A stretch of DNA of 64,000 nucleotides from Candidatus Latescibacterota bacterium. GTDB taxonomy: Bacteria; Latescibacterota; UBA2968. Position numbers and translations under genes: made by a program. Below are positions 30,487 to 41,463 of this stretch, one piece after another. Below the pieces are notes generated by a model. It was not told where the DNA came from, did not search any database, and worked only from the letters and a program-made list of their open reading frames with translations. Position 1 is the stretch's first letter. Each line of letters begins with the position of its first letter. The stretch lies in contig OZ240241.1 in NCBI GenBank assembly GCA_965198115.1, positions 288,001 to 352,000 on the forward strand, in the 5' to 3' direction.

Positions 30487-30530
30487 GGCCGGTTCCCTTC
30501 GGCTGCGCTCAGGACAAGCGGGAACGGGCC
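30487..30530. repeat. REP-like hairpin
   Basis: GGCCGGTTCC...GGAACGGGCC stem enclosing CTTCGGCTGCGCTCAGGACAAG. Confidence 0.6.
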
Positions 30531-30537
30531 TTCTTGA

Positions 30538-31452
30538 TCACGTCAGCTCGGCGACCAATTGCTTCAGGTAATCGCAGCTTTTCCTGTCGCCGTAGTAGGG
30601 ATCGCCCACCCGCATGCCTTCGACAATGATGGTGCCGTCGAATCCGCCTTGGATCATTGCAGTGAGGGCAAAGCAGTAGTCGATGTCCCCGTCGGGCAAT
30701 GGCGTCTGGAGGAAGATGGCGCGCTCGAGCTCGGGAAAGTAGACGCGCTTCAGATTCTTGCAATGCCAGTAGTGGTTGGAGACCGGGGCGATGTCGTGTA
30801 TGGCCTGCTCGCTCGTCTCGTGCGGGTTGTCCCAGGTCCAGTAGATGTTGCCCAGGTCGGGGTTGATCGAGAGGTTGGGTCGGTCGACGAGCGTGTGGAT
30901 TTTTCGAGCCGCCCACGTGGTGTCGAAGATCGAGTGTTGGTGGATCTCAATCGAGATGCCGATGCCCAGGTCGGCAGCGCGGTCGGCGAAGCCGCGTAGA
31001 GCGTCTGCGCTGATCTCGTAGTCCTGTTGGGACGCGGCTTCGCTGGAACCCTGGGAGACGGTTTCGCCCGTGAGCGAACCCGGTTGTGCGGGGTCGGTTC
31101 CCGCGCCCATGCTGGAGTTGACGATGGGGGAACCGATCCACGAGGCGAACTGGATCGCCCCTTCCCATCGTTTTTTCGTTACCTCGCCGGTTCGCGGGTT
31201 GGCTACGCTCCCCCCACCGCGAATGCCAAACACACTGAGGCCCGCGTCGGTGACTTCCTTCGCGATATCCTTGACGTTGGCCTCATTGCTCACCATCCCG
31301 TCGGGCAGTTCGTGACCCATCTCGAACCCGACGAAGCCCATCTCCTTGACTTTCTTCAGCCATCGACCGCGGATCGCCTTCGGCATCAGGTTCGTGCCAC
31401 GGCCGAAGTGCGGGTAGGAGGCCTCGCGTCGAAAACCGTATGCGATGTTCAT
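30538..31452 (-). CDS. Sugar phosphate isomerase/epimerase (xylose-isomerase-like TIM barrel)
   Basis: ISIEIH, NPDLGN, HCKN, GDIDY and IIVEG. Confidence 0.82.
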   Translation of the reverse strand: MNIAYGFRREASYPHFGRGTNLMPKAIRGRWLKKVKEMGFVGFEMGHELPDGMVSNEANVKDIAKEVTDAGLSVFGIRGGGSVANPRTGEVTKKRWEGAIQFASWIGSPIVNSSMGAGTDPAQPGSLTGETVSQGSSEAASQQDYEISADALRGFADRAADLGIGISIEIHQHSIFDTTWAARKIHTLVDRPNLSINPDLGNIYWTWDNPHETSEQAIHDIAPVSNHYWHCKNLKRVYFPELERAIFLQTPLPDGDIDYCFALTAMIQGGFDGTIIVEGMRVGDPYYGDRKSCDYLKQLVAELT

Positions 31453-31513
31453 CGTTTTACCCCTCAAGTTACATCGAATGTCGAGGATCGAACATTGACA
31501 GTCGGGACGTCAT

Positions 31514-32414
31514 CTACACGCGATGGTGCTTGATACCCTTTCCTGCCTCTATGCCTTTGATCCAACGCCGACACCATTCGTCGTAGTCGTTCTGGACGCT
31601 CGACGGATTGTGCCTGCTCTGTATAATGAACTCGGGATGGGAGGGTCGCCCCGTCGGCGTGCCGGTTTTCTGGAATCGGAGATCTATCGTCCAGCGGACA
31701 TAGTCCGAGCAATTTGGCTGACCTCTGTGGGGGGTGTAGGCGCTAAAGAAAAAGAAGATCCCCACGGTTCATGACACAATCGAAGAGCTCGACCTCGGGC
31801 ATCAAATGGGGCTTGATGCGTGTGCCACCCTCCGCTTCGTGCTGGAGGAATCCAGCCTTCGTGATGCCGGGCAGGATCTGAAGGCATCCACTTTCCGGAC
31901 TGACATCGACCAGGGGAATCCAGACGGTCAGGATCTCGGAGGCGTCCGCTTCTTCCTGCGTCACGCCCTGGTCCTGGTGCCACGGCACCTGGCCCGGCTG
32001 CCAATCGTCCCGACTCGGGAGGTAGGGTCGAATGTGTTGGATCGGGCTCAGGGTGATCTCAGGGCCAATGATGCCTTCAACAGGGGCGAGCAGGTTCGGG
32101 TTGAAGAAGAACTCGAAAACGACGGGGAGCCGTGCGTGCATCAGGTCGAGCCCTGCCGTCAAGCTTTTGATCGCGTCTTCGTCGTCTCCCGGAATCTGTT
32201 CGGCCACTCGGACGAGCCTGGTGGCGAATCCTTCGTTCTCGGCGGCTGACTCGATCTTCCCCGAGGAAACGAGGCTCTGAATACGTTCGTCGATCAGCTC
32301 AGCATAGGCCGATTCCAGGGGCGAGAAGTCGTCGTCGGAGAGAGCTCCCTCAACGATCAGAAAACCCTCTTTGTAGTACTGGTCGACTTGCTCCGGCGTC
32401 AACGTGACAGCCAC
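31514..32414 (-). CDS. PhyH-family dioxygenase (canonical HQD), frameshift in T-run near 31750
   Basis: YYKEGFLIV, PWHQD, WIPLVD, GCLQILPG, GDLLFFSAYTPH and RWTIDLRF. Confidence 0.85.
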
Positions 32415-32844
32415 TGTTCCTCCCGTCGTTCGAATAGCGGTTTACGATAACACGGGGTGTTGGGGGTTTCAAGGAAAAAGGCAGAGGAAGGCAGACGAGC
32501 AGGCGATCCTCCTTCGCGGCTGCGCCACTCGGAGGGCGGAAGGGCGTGGCAATGGCGGAGCGATATCCGATGGATTTTGACGGATCCGATCTCCCACATT
32601 GGTTTTCGGATATCACGCCGAATTGAAAGATCGGTCTTACTGGCAACAGGTGTGAAAGTTCGTTGCTCACGTTGATGTCCATCGGCTGTAGCAAAAAGTG
32701 TGTGTTTACGAGTATTTCGAGATCGGAATCAATGGGCACGCACTTTGCCTTCGTTGCGTGACTTGATCAGTGTTGGCAACTGCACTACCTTCACAGCACG
32801 CGTCTGGGTGGGACTGCGCGTCTTCGATCATTGTGGAGATTTCT

Positions 32845-33120
32845 TTGGCTGAAGAACTTGGCACGCGAGACGTTCTGGAACAGGTCGATACGCGGCTGAC
32901 GAACGTCGAGCAGGACATGAGGGCATTTCGCAAGGAGATGCGTGATGAGTTTGCGTTCGTGCGAAGCGAGATGCGCGAGGGGTTTGCCACACAGCGTGGA
33001 GAGACCAACGAATTCAGAGCCGAAATCAACGCACGTTTCGACAAGAATACTCGTTGCCAGACCGGGTTCGTCTTCGCAACCTGGCTGACTGTGATGGTCT
33101 CGATCTGGCTCAAACCGTAA
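32845..33120 (+). CDS. Small coiled-coil protein with C-terminal TM (DUF1640-like)
   Basis: GGAG RBS and TTG start; 11-residue FxxxRxEM periodicity; hydrophobic tail; followed by a terminator. Confidence 0.65.
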   Translation: MAEELGTRDVLEQVDTRLTNVEQDMRAFRKEMRDEFAFVRSEMREGFATQRGETNEFRAEINARFDKNTRCQTGFVFATWLTVMVSIWLKP

Positions 33121-33141
33121 GCGAACGGCAAGGAATGAATC

Positions 33142-33178
33142 AGGGGACCGTGAGTGTTCACGGTCCCCTTTGTCGTTT
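33142..33178 (+). terminator. Intrinsic terminator
   Basis: AGGGGACCGTGA-GTGT-TCACGGTCCCCT perfect 12-bp stem plus T-rich tail. Confidence 0.75.
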
Positions 33179-33254
33179 GGTGTCAAGTCAAAGCTTCAAG
33201 GGTTCAGTCGTCAGTCGTTGGAAGAAGCAATCTCACAGGCACCTGGTGAAGTGT

Positions 33255-35008
33255 CTACTCAATCTGATCGGCTGCGAGCACCGGCAATAGACGCGACGTG
33301 CCGTTATCGTCGATGATGCGAAAGCCCCTCAACATGCCGCCCCATCGTCGGGTCGTGCCAGCTTCGATTTTCCTGACCGCCCGCTCGCGGGGAGCGAGTG
33401 AGACGATGAAGTCGTGGCCGGCCGGGCTCCCGCGCGCGATGAAGAGCTCGCGGATTCCGTCGCGGGCGAGTGGCTGAGTCGATTCCAGGTTGCCCTCCCA
33501 CGCACCCGATCCTCCGCTGAACCGTTCGAGCGAGGGTTCGGGTTCGTTCAGGGCCTGATGGATCTCGGCCAGGGTGATGGGTGGGGGTGGTTCTTCGATG
33601 GGTTCGAGTTCATTGGGGTCCAAACCGGCGGAATCGGTCTTTGTGGAATCAGCTTCGGCCCCTTCGAGATCGATGATGATGAGAAGCCACACCCTCCGAG
33701 GCGCGAGGGCGTAGGCCTCTTTATAGCCGTTCAGCGCTTTTTCGCGATCCCCGTTCTCGAGATGCGTGGCCGCCTGTTGCGCCGCCCTTTCTGCTTTCTC
33801 ATCGTTGGTTTCGGCTGTGGCAGTGGCTGTTGCGGACACCGAGACATTGACGTTGATCTCGGGTGTGGCGCCCGTGGTCTTGGTGGTGACGCGCTCGATT
33901 ACCGATGCCCGCTGAGGTTGGGTTGGTGCCTTTTCCTGTGATGTGGCTGGTGAGGTTGCCGGTTCCGCCGTTGCAGACCGGGCAGGGGCCGAAGGCGGGG
34001 AGTGGCCGGGTTCGCGTTGATCTGCTGGATCGCTTCCGCGAGTGCGTGCTTGACTTCTGGGTTGGGCTCCCTCTGCGCTGCCTGATGGAGCAGTGGGATC
34101 GCTTGCGAACTGCCCTGCTGGCCGAGCGCCTCCGCGAGATTCTTCTTCTGTTGTTTAGACAGGTTTCGGGAGGGTTGGGTCAAGTGACGAGCCAGGGCAG
34201 GACCGAGTGCGGGATCGATGCGTGAGATCGCATCCTTGGCTTCTTCCTGAATGACAGGATCGGGATCCCCGAGTGCGATGATGAGCGAAGGAACGGATTG
34301 GAGCCCGCCGAATTCGCCCAGGACCTCAATGAGGATGATCTTGGAGGCTCGACTCAGGTCGATTCCTTCGAGTCCCTCGAGAGCGTCTCCGATGATGACG
34401 GCGGCTGAGGGGCCGATTTCGATGAGCAAGCCTTTCACCTTTTCGGGTGGAAGGCCGATTCTGGTGCCTTTGTCGGACAGCGCCTGGATCAGTCCGGGAA
34501 CCGCTTTCGAACCTTCGCGGAGAAGGGCCCGTTCGGCGCTCGGGTCGCCCGCCCGCAGCCTTGCGATTCGGTCGGTCTGGGTTTGAGCACGCTGATTGGC
34601 CGGGGTCGCTCGGCGTGCCCGGGGTGGTTCACTCAGGAAGATGTAGAGTCCACCGGCGATGAAGCCGAGGACGGCCAGGATGGCTGCGATGCGTTGGGCG
34701 AATGGTCCGGTCAGACGGGACGAACCGTCTTCAGGCGGTTGCTCGGTTGACGGTTCGGGCTGAGGTGCCGGTTCTGCCTCAGACGTTTCATCAGCCGTTT
34801 CCTGCGGTCTCGGCTTCGGTCTGAACGCTTCGATTTCACGCAGGCGGCCCCACGTTTCCATACCCTCGCACCAGACCAGCGTTCCCCCGTCGATTCGCTT
34901 ACGACCCAGCAGATACCGGATGTCGTCCGCAGACAGAGGCCCTTGCCGTTCTCCGCCGATCATGATGAACCACGGCTGTTCTTCTTCAGGCACGTCAACC
35001 TCAACCAC
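33255..35008 (-). CDS. GYF_2 (DUF4339)-TM-HEAT repeat-TPR-like protein, frameshift near 33970
   Basis: WFIMIGGERQGPLS...IDGGTLVWCEGMETW; TM; HEAT helices; P/T/A linker; TPR-like C-part in a second frame. Confidence 0.72.
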
Positions 35009-35021
35009 AAAGCTTTTTAAT

Positions 35022-36443
35022 GGCTCTATCCGGGTTTCTCAACGGTGAAACTATAGAATGACAAGGTCATAGATCGTTCCCTACGCTTGGTTGTGTGTGT
35101 AGGACAATCAAAGCGAAGGGGGTGCGACCTATGACCGGGAGCAGATTACTATCGAAACTGCTGAGATTCAAGGGGTTCCGTGTTGTCAGCTGGTGGTTTG
35201 AGGGGAGAAGCTGTTTCGTCATCGCCGTAAAGCCACATAAGAATGGTTGTGTTGTTGTCCGGAGTGCGGCCGTCGAGGTAAAATCGTCCGCACAATGCCC
35301 CATCCGCGTCGGTGGCGTGACATTCCGGTGTGCGGGTGGAGGGTCTGGCTTCTCTACCATCCTCGGGAGATTCGGTGTCCTACCCACGGTCGTGTGGTCG
35401 AGGAGATTCCGTGGGCGGAGCGGTTCTCTCGGGTGACGTATCGCTTCGAGTATGCCATGCTGCGCTACTGCCAGACCATGACGCAGAAGGCGGCGTCCGA
35501 GTTGCTGCGCATCTCTGCCTCGACGCTGTCGGATCTCCTTCACCGATCCATCACGCGGCTTCGTGAAGGTCATCGTATCCGAGGGCTCAAAACCATCGGG
35601 ATCGACGAGATCTCCTACGCCAAGCGTCACAGGTACGCCACGCTCGTTTACGATCTGGACCGCTCCTGCGTGGTGTGGGTTGGCCGCGGCAGGGCGCGTA
35701 AAACGATCGATCGGTTCTTCACAGAGGCTCTCAGTCCCTACCAGAGATCCAAGATCGAGTGGGCCTGCTGCGACATGAGCGAAGCTTACATCGGAGCCAT
35801 CCAGGAACACTGTCCGAATGCCAAGCTGGTCCTCGATCGCTTTCACATCGTCAAGGCTCTCAATGCCGCCGTTGACGAGGTCCGTAAGGACCAGTGGCGT
35901 AAAGCTGCCCCGGATGAGCGCAAAGCCATGAAGGGCCTCCGATGGCTCCTCTACCGGCACTCAGCGACACGCTCCAGAGGGGATACTCGGACACTCAAAG
36001 CACTGGAGGAGGCGAACTACCGAATCTATAGAGCCTGGAGACTCAAGGACGAGTTCGAGCAGTTCTGGGAATACAAAGCGCCCTGGGCTGCCGAACGCTT
36101 CCTGAAATGCTGGACGACGTCCGCACTCAGAAGTCGACTTGAACCCCTGCGAAAGTTCGTCAGGACCCTGCGACAGCACTTCTTCGGCGTCCTCGCATTC
36201 GTGAACACGCGTCTTACCAACGCCATCGCCGAAGGCCTCAACCGAATCGTCCAAATCGTCAAGAACCGAGCCAGCGGATTCCGCACACTCGACGCATTCA
36301 ACGATATGATCTTCCTTACCGTCGGAGACATAAACATCCCTGAGCAGATTCCGAAGAGGTTCCGCACACTCTAACCGCGCCCCCATGCCAGGAACCACGG
36401 CACCTTCACCCACTTCATCTCGTTGAGAGATCCGGATATAGCC
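35022..36443 (+). mobile_element. ISL3-family element, copy 2, imperfect 8-bp TSD TTTTTAAT/ATTTTAAT
   Basis: Same IRs as copy 1, inverted orientation; lies 13 bp upstream of the GYF gene start. Confidence 0.9.
35131..36374 (+). CDS. ISL3 transposase (two extra bases near 35250)
   Basis: Near-identical to copy 1; 1244 nt = 1242+2. Confidence 0.88.
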
Positions 36444-36551
36444 ATTTTAATACAACTGGTTAGGGATGATTAATTATAGGATCGGCGAAGGCGGAGGGCA
36501 AGAAAGCGAAGCTGTTAGGCCCGTCGGGAAGACAGCGCCCGTGTGCGGGCC

Positions 36552-37385
36552 CTATTGGAGACCGAGGACGCGGCCGTAGATTTCGGTGGCGCGCATTCGG
36601 ACGGTGAGGTCGGGGTCGCCCTGCATAGCGGAGGCGAGGAAGGGGAGACCGGCGCGGTCGCGAACGAGGCCCAGAGACTTGACGACCTCGAGACGAACGC
36701 TCGTGTTTTTCTCGACACCGGCGACCAGGGCTTCACCCAGTACACTGGCGACCTGACGTTCCTTCTTGCCGATTTCGCCGAGCGCGTCGGCAGACGACAT
36801 TCGGATGGTGAAGTCACGGTCGTTGAGAAGGGCTTCGTGGAGGGGTTGCACGCTGAACTGCGTGCCGATCTTGCGGAGCATACGAACAGCCTCGAGGCGC
36901 ACACCCAGATCGCCGTCGTTGCGGAGCGCCTCCTGAATGTAGGGGACGGCGAAGACGGTGCCGGCGTAACGCAGGGCTTCGACGGTCCGCATTCGCACGG
37001 TGACGTCCCGGTCTCGGAGCGAGATGCCGAGCGTCTCGAGCGCTTGACGGCCCCCGATGTCACCCAGCCCCTTGGCCGCTTCGGAGCGAACGGCCGCGGA
37101 TCGCTCGAGATCGTCGTCGACGGCTCTTCGAAGAAGAAGGGCGGCCATAGGACCTCCGACGAGCGCGAGTGAATGAACGGCCTTGATACGGACGGCCTCT
37201 TCGCGAGCGTCGAGCTGGGCGAACAGGGGACTCAGTTCCTGAGGATAGCTGCCGGCCGTGACGATGGTTTGATACTTTTCCACCGTCTCCTGGTTCAGGT
37301 TGTCCATCTGGGTCGGCTGCTGGGCTCGGATGGTTGTCGCACTCAGGAGGACGACGATGAGGATGGGGAACGATTTTCCGATCAT
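36552..37385 (-). CDS. Exported HEAT/PBS-lyase repeat protein
   Basis: Signal peptide; repeats of LxxALxNDxDxxVRxxAAxALGxIG. Confidence 0.82.
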   Translation of the reverse strand: MIGKSFPILIVVLLSATTIRAQQPTQMDNLNQETVEKYQTIVTAGSYPQELSPLFAQLDAREEAVRIKAVHSLALVGGPMAALLLRRAVDDDLERSAAVRSEAAKGLGDIGGRQALETLGISLRDRDVTVRMRTVEALRYAGTVFAVPYIQEALRNDGDLGVRLEAVRMLRKIGTQFSVQPLHEALLNDRDFTIRMSSADALGEIGKKERQVASVLGEALVAGVEKNTSVRLEVVKSLGLVRDRAGLPFLASAMQGDPDLTVRMRATEIYGRVLGLQ

Positions 37386-38125
37386 GGTTGAATTTCGATG
37401 CGATCCACGCACTTGACGTTGGCACAGCGGTCATCGCCGCCGGGTATGAACAGTCTGATGGGACCGCCAAAACGAGCCGGAAGTGGCCCGTTATCTTGCT
37501 TGAAAACGAGAAACCCGTCAAATCGCGCCTGTTTGAACGAAACTTCAGCCGAAAAGTCGCTTCCGGACCGGAAAACGAGGCTTCCCTCGTGGTTGGTGTA
37601 GCCGATGTGATCCAGCAAAACGCGGACCGGCAAGGCCTCGCCCTGTCGTCCTGCGACCCTGGCGCCGATGTCGGGCAGATGGTCGGGGAGAGCGTCCAGG
37701 TCGCCGTAGGCGAACCCGTGCTCCCGGCCGTCTGCACCGACCATGGTTAGGATCGGCATCTCCGGGGTTCGGCTCGACTCCGCCGCAGCCGTCATGACGC
37801 GCTCTTCGGTCACTTCGGCGATGCGACGGTCGTAGCCGACGGGTGCGGCCAGGGTCAGCGTCGTATTCGGGTGACGCGCACTGCCGGCTTGGAGCGCTTC
37901 CTCGAGCAGGGTCTGTTCCCCGGGCAGGAGTTGGAGAAAGAACGGCAGTAGGACGATCGGCTCGGCTTCGGTGGTGGACATCTTGTCGAGCACAGTTGGA
38001 AGGCACTTGTGGAGTTCCTCGATCAGGACGTGTGCGACCCGAAACGAGGTGAGCGCCTGGACGGTCTGATTCAGCGGAGGGTCGTCCCGACGGCTCACGA
38101 TGATGACGGCGGGTTTTGAGGACAT
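37382..38125 (-). CDS. CbiX/SirB-like domain fused to a sulfite-oxidase-type molybdopterin-binding-like domain
   Basis: IVLLPFFL...LAAPVGYDRRIAEVTEERV; C-term FKQDNGPLPARFGGPIRLFIPG...NVKCVDRIEI. Confidence 0.65.
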   Translation of the reverse strand: MSSKPAVIIVSRRDDPPLNQTVQALTSFRVAHVLIEELHKCLPTVLDKMSTTEAEPIVLLPFFLQLLPGEQTLLEEALQAGSARHPNTTLTLAAPVGYDRRIAEVTEERVMTAAAESSRTPEMPILTMVGADGREHGFAYGDLDALPDHLPDIGARVAGRQGEALPVRVLLDHIGYTNHEGSLVFRSGSDFSAEVSFKQARFDGFLVFKQDNGPLPARFGGPIRLFIPGGDDRCANVKCVDRIEIQP

Positions 38126-38309
38126 AGCCTATGGTGATGTGGGGGTCGTTGGCGGTTGGATGGACTGAGACGTGGCAGGGGTTCGGTGAGTTGCCCCTGT
38201 TCGTGCAAGTCGTGCTGTTAGCCTGGTCGGCGATCGTGATCCTCGCCGGAGGCAGCTTCCTGCTGCGTGTGTTTCGGGGTGCGTGGCGGCCGCCGCGTCT
38301 CGACCGCGA

Positions 38310-38561
38310 TCAGAAATCGCGGCGAGCGTAGTCAAGGGCCATCAATTCGAATGCGTTCATGAGGTAGACGTCGCGCACGTCGGGCTCGAGCGTTTCGACC
38401 ATCTGTTTGGCGAGTTGAGGCACATCGATCTGGAGCTGGTCGTGGAGATGGTCGCCTCCGTCGAGCGGATCGCCGTGCTTCTGATTGTAAGATTCGAGCG
38501 CCGCCCGGTAGATGGCCGTGGCGAGTTTTCGCGGGTCGCCGTCGAGCTGAATGTTGTCCAT
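38310..38561 (-). CDS. Small acidic hypothetical protein
   Basis: GAGGA RBS and ATG at 38561 just after the thyA stop; 83 aa, helical. Confidence 0.6.
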   Translation of the reverse strand: MDNIQLDGDPRKLATAIYRAALESYNQKHGDPLDGGDHLHDQLQIDVPQLAKQMVETLEPDVRDVYLMNAFELMALDYARRDF

Positions 38562-38574
38562 CGATTCCTCGGTT

Positions 38575-39411
38575 TTACACGGCCATTTCCGCCCGGATGG
38601 CGGGATGGCTCTCGTAGTCGACGAGCTCGAAGTCGTCGAAGACGAAGTCATCGATCTCGCTCTGACCCCGGTCGGCGATGTGGAGCGTTGGCAGTGGCAA
38701 AGGCTCGCGGCTCAACTGTTCGTCGACCGCGTCGAGGTGATTCAGGTAGATGTGCGCATCTCCGAGCGTATGGACGAACTCCCCGGGCGTCAGGACCGTT
38801 ACGCGGGCGACCATATGCAACAGGATCGCGTAGGATGCGATGTTGAGCGGGACGCCCAGAAACATATCGCAGGACCGTTGATACATCTGTAGCGAAAGTC
38901 GTCCATCGGCCACGTAGAACTGAAAAAAGTTGTGGCACGGTGGGAGCGCCACCTCGGTGAGGTCGATTTCGGCGGCGTTCCACGCGTTGACCATCATACG
39001 CCGCGACCCGGGGTCGTTGCGAATCAGATCGATGGCTTCCTGCAGCTGATCGACGACCTTTCCGTTTCCTCGCCACGCCCGCCACTGGACGCCGTAGATC
39101 CTGCCCATGCTCCCGTCATTCCCGTCGATGTTGAGCCGTTCGAGGTAGTCCTCGTAGTTTCCGTCCCACAGCTTGTTGTGAGCGTAGATCGATTTCAGAT
39201 CGTTGATGTTGTCGCTGCCCGACACGAACCAGAGCAGCTCGGACACCATCGATTTCCAGACGAGTTTCTTGGTCGTGACAGCAGGGAAGGTCTCGCTCAG
39301 GTCGTAGCGAGCTTGAAAGCCGAAGGCGGACAGCGTTCCGACACCGGTGCGATCTTCCTTCCGGACCCCGTGTTCACGGATATAGCGAAGCTGATCGAGA
39401 TAGGCGTGCAA
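38575..39411 (-). CDS. thyA: Thymidylate synthase
   Basis: DRTGVGT, TTKK, ELLWF, ALPPCH, YQRSCDMFLGVPLNIASY and GDAHIYLNH; start estimated at TTG 39411. Confidence 0.95.
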   Translation of the reverse strand: MHAYLDQLRYIREHGVRKEDRTGVGTLSAFGFQARYDLSETFPAVTTKKLVWKSMVSELLWFVSGSDNINDLKSIYAHNKLWDGNYEDYLERLNIDGNDGSMGRIYGVQWRAWRGNGKVVDQLQEAIDLIRNDPGSRRMMVNAWNAAEIDLTEVALPPCHNFFQFYVADGRLSLQMYQRSCDMFLGVPLNIASYAILLHMVARVTVLTPGEFVHTLGDAHIYLNHLDAVDEQLSREPLPLPTLHIADRGQSEIDDFVFDDFELVDYESHPAIRAEMAV

Positions 39412-39449
39412 GAGAAGCTCTCGGTAGGGTGAAGGTGAACCTTGGGGAG

Positions 39450-39917
39450 TTACCCGGTCTTGCGATGGTATTCGACACAACGGAATTCGGGATGGTCATC
39501 TTCGTGGACGACGTCCCAGTCCGATTCGTCGAAGTCGGGAAAGTGGGTGTCGCCCCGGTAGTCGCCCTTAACGTAGGAGAGGATCATGCGATCGGCAAGC
39601 GGGAGGGCCTGATCGTAGATCTGGCCTCCGCCCATTACGAAGACTTCGCGACCGTAGGTTGCCGCTTGCGTGAGGGCCTGTTCGAGAGACGGACAGACGT
39701 CGACACCGACGATCGGTTCGAGTGTGCGACTGACGACGACGTGGGGCCGGTGCGGCAACGGCTTCGAACCGATGGATTCGAACGTCTTTCTTCCCATGAC
39801 GAGCGTTCCCTTCTGCGTCGTTCGGAAGAAGTGAGCAGACTCCGTTTTGATTTTCCACGGCATGTCGTTGTCGCGTCCGATGACTCGATCCTTCGTCATA
39901 GCGGCGATGATGGTCAT
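39450..39917 (-). CDS. folA: Dihydrofolate reductase
   Basis: VIGRDNDMPW, VMGRKTFESIG, PLPHR, VMGGGQIY and GDTHFP. Confidence 0.93.
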   Translation of the reverse strand: MTIIAAMTKDRVIGRDNDMPWKIKTESAHFFRTTQKGTLVMGRKTFESIGSKPLPHRPHVVVSRTLEPIVGVDVCPSLEQALTQAATYGREVFVMGGGQIYDQALPLADRMILSYVKGDYRGDTHFPDFDESDWDVVHEDDHPEFRCVEYHRKTG

Positions 39918-41275
39918 CGGACGGGACCCACGGGTTCGACGGCGATGAGAGAGGACGGTGCAGCCTTCTCGACGCGCAGGATGCGGCCATACAGATCGTA
40001 GCCGGACGCGTCGGTGATCTCGGCTTCCACGAAGGTGCCCGTCTCGCCCTCCCCGGTGAGAAAGACGGCTCCGTCGATTTCGGGCGCGTCCATCCGGGTG
40101 CGACCGATCCAATCCACGCCTGCAGTCTGCCCGGGCTCGTCGATCAGGACACGAAATCGCGTCCCAATGTGTCCGAGGTTCGTTTCGGTCGCGATTTCCT
40201 CCTGGAGCGCCGTGACGCGGGCCATTCGCTCCTGTTTGACGTCTTCGGAGACATCATCCTCCAGATCGCCGGCGGCGGTGTTCTCCTCGTGCGAGTAGGT
40301 GAAGCCGACGAGTCGGTTGAAGCGCACGTCCTCGAGGAATCCGAGAAGCTCTTCGAACCGGGCCTCGGTTTCGCCGGGATAACCGACGATGACGGAGGAC
40401 CGGATGGTCAGGTCGGGGACGGCGTCGCGTAGTCGCTTGACGAGCGACTCGATGGCGTTTCGTGTCGTGCCACGATTCATCGATCGGAGGATGGTGTCAT
40501 CCGCGTGTTGGATCGGCATGTCGACGTAGGCACACAGCTTAGGTTCGCTGGCGAGGAGCTCGACGAGGTCGTCACGCCAACCGGTCGGGTAGGTGTAGAG
40601 CAGACGGATCCATTCGATGCCGTCGACGGCGACGAGTTTTCTGAGAAGCTCGACGAGCCGTGGGCTTCCGTAGAGGTCGGTGCCGTAACGCATCGTGTCC
40701 TGGGCGATGAGCGCGAGCTCTCGACATCCGTGGGCAGCCAGGCGGTGGGCCTCGGCGACGAGTCGTTCGATTGAGAGGCTGGCGTGAGGGCCCCGGATGC
40801 CCGGGATGGCGCAGAATGCGCACGTTCGGTCGCAGCCGTCGGCAATGCGTAAGTAAGCCCAGTGCGCGGGTGTGTGTAGGTGCCGGGCGTCGAGTGCTTT
40901 GAGAGGACCTTCACGACGTCGTCCGAGCAACCGGTCGCAGTGCTCGACGATGCGCGACTCTTCAGCCAGTCCGATGATGAGGTCGGCCTCGGTCAGTTCG
41001 TCCCGGAGTTCGGTGTTGTATCTCTGGGCGAGACACCCTGTCACGATCAGACCCCGGCACCTGCCGTCGCGCTTGAAGTCGGCTGCATCCAAAGCTGTCG
41101 AGATCGACTCTTCCTTGGCCGGCTGGATGAAGCCGCACGTGTTGACGACGATGACGTCGGCCTCGTCGGGTCGCTCGGAGACGGCATAGCCGTTGAGCTC
41201 CAGGAGCCGGTGCATGTGCTCGGAATCGACCGTGTTTTTGGGGCATCCGAGCGTGATGATGCTGACGATGTCCAT
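39914..41275 (-). CDS. rimO: Ribosomal protein S12 methylthiotransferase
   Basis: LGCPKNTVDSE, NTCGFI, GCLAQRY, CDRTCAFCAIP and TRAM domain with DAPEIDG. Confidence 0.93.
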   Translation of the reverse strand: MDIVSIITLGCPKNTVDSEHMHRLLELNGYAVSERPDEADVIVVNTCGFIQPAKEESISTALDAADFKRDGRCRGLIVTGCLAQRYNTELRDELTEADLIIGLAEESRIVEHCDRLLGRRREGPLKALDARHLHTPAHWAYLRIADGCDRTCAFCAIPGIRGPHASLSIERLVAEAHRLAAHGCRELALIAQDTMRYGTDLYGSPRLVELLRKLVAVDGIEWIRLLYTYPTGWRDDLVELLASEPKLCAYVDMPIQHADDTILRSMNRGTTRNAIESLVKRLRDAVPDLTIRSSVIVGYPGETEARFEELLGFLEDVRFNRLVGFTYSHEENTAAGDLEDDVSEDVKQERMARVTALQEEIATETNLGHIGTRFRVLIDEPGQTAGVDWIGRTRMDAPEIDGAVFLTGEGETGTFVEAEITDASGYDLYGRILRVEKAAPSSLIAVEPVGPVR

Positions 41276-41463
41276 CGATGGTGAAAGAATCGGATGTCGG
41301 TGACGTTGTGTCAAGGCATCGAGGATCGAGAATCGAGAATTGAACGAATGCTCGGGCGCCGGGACATTGTGATTGCGCGGGTGGATGCGACCTGCTACTT
41401 TTCCGCAGTGCTGATGGGTCGCCTGGGTTCCGCCCGGGCGTTTTTATTGATCGGTGAGATGAC

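Noticed and set aside
22273-36443. ISL3 composite transposon or inversion
   Set aside because: Separate TSDs, and the GNAT halves remain collinear around copy 1.
38131-38331. 66-aa membrane peptide on the plus strand
   Set aside because: Plausible TM, but it starts 5 bp from a divergent start, has no RBS and overlaps a convergent gene; cannot be supported.
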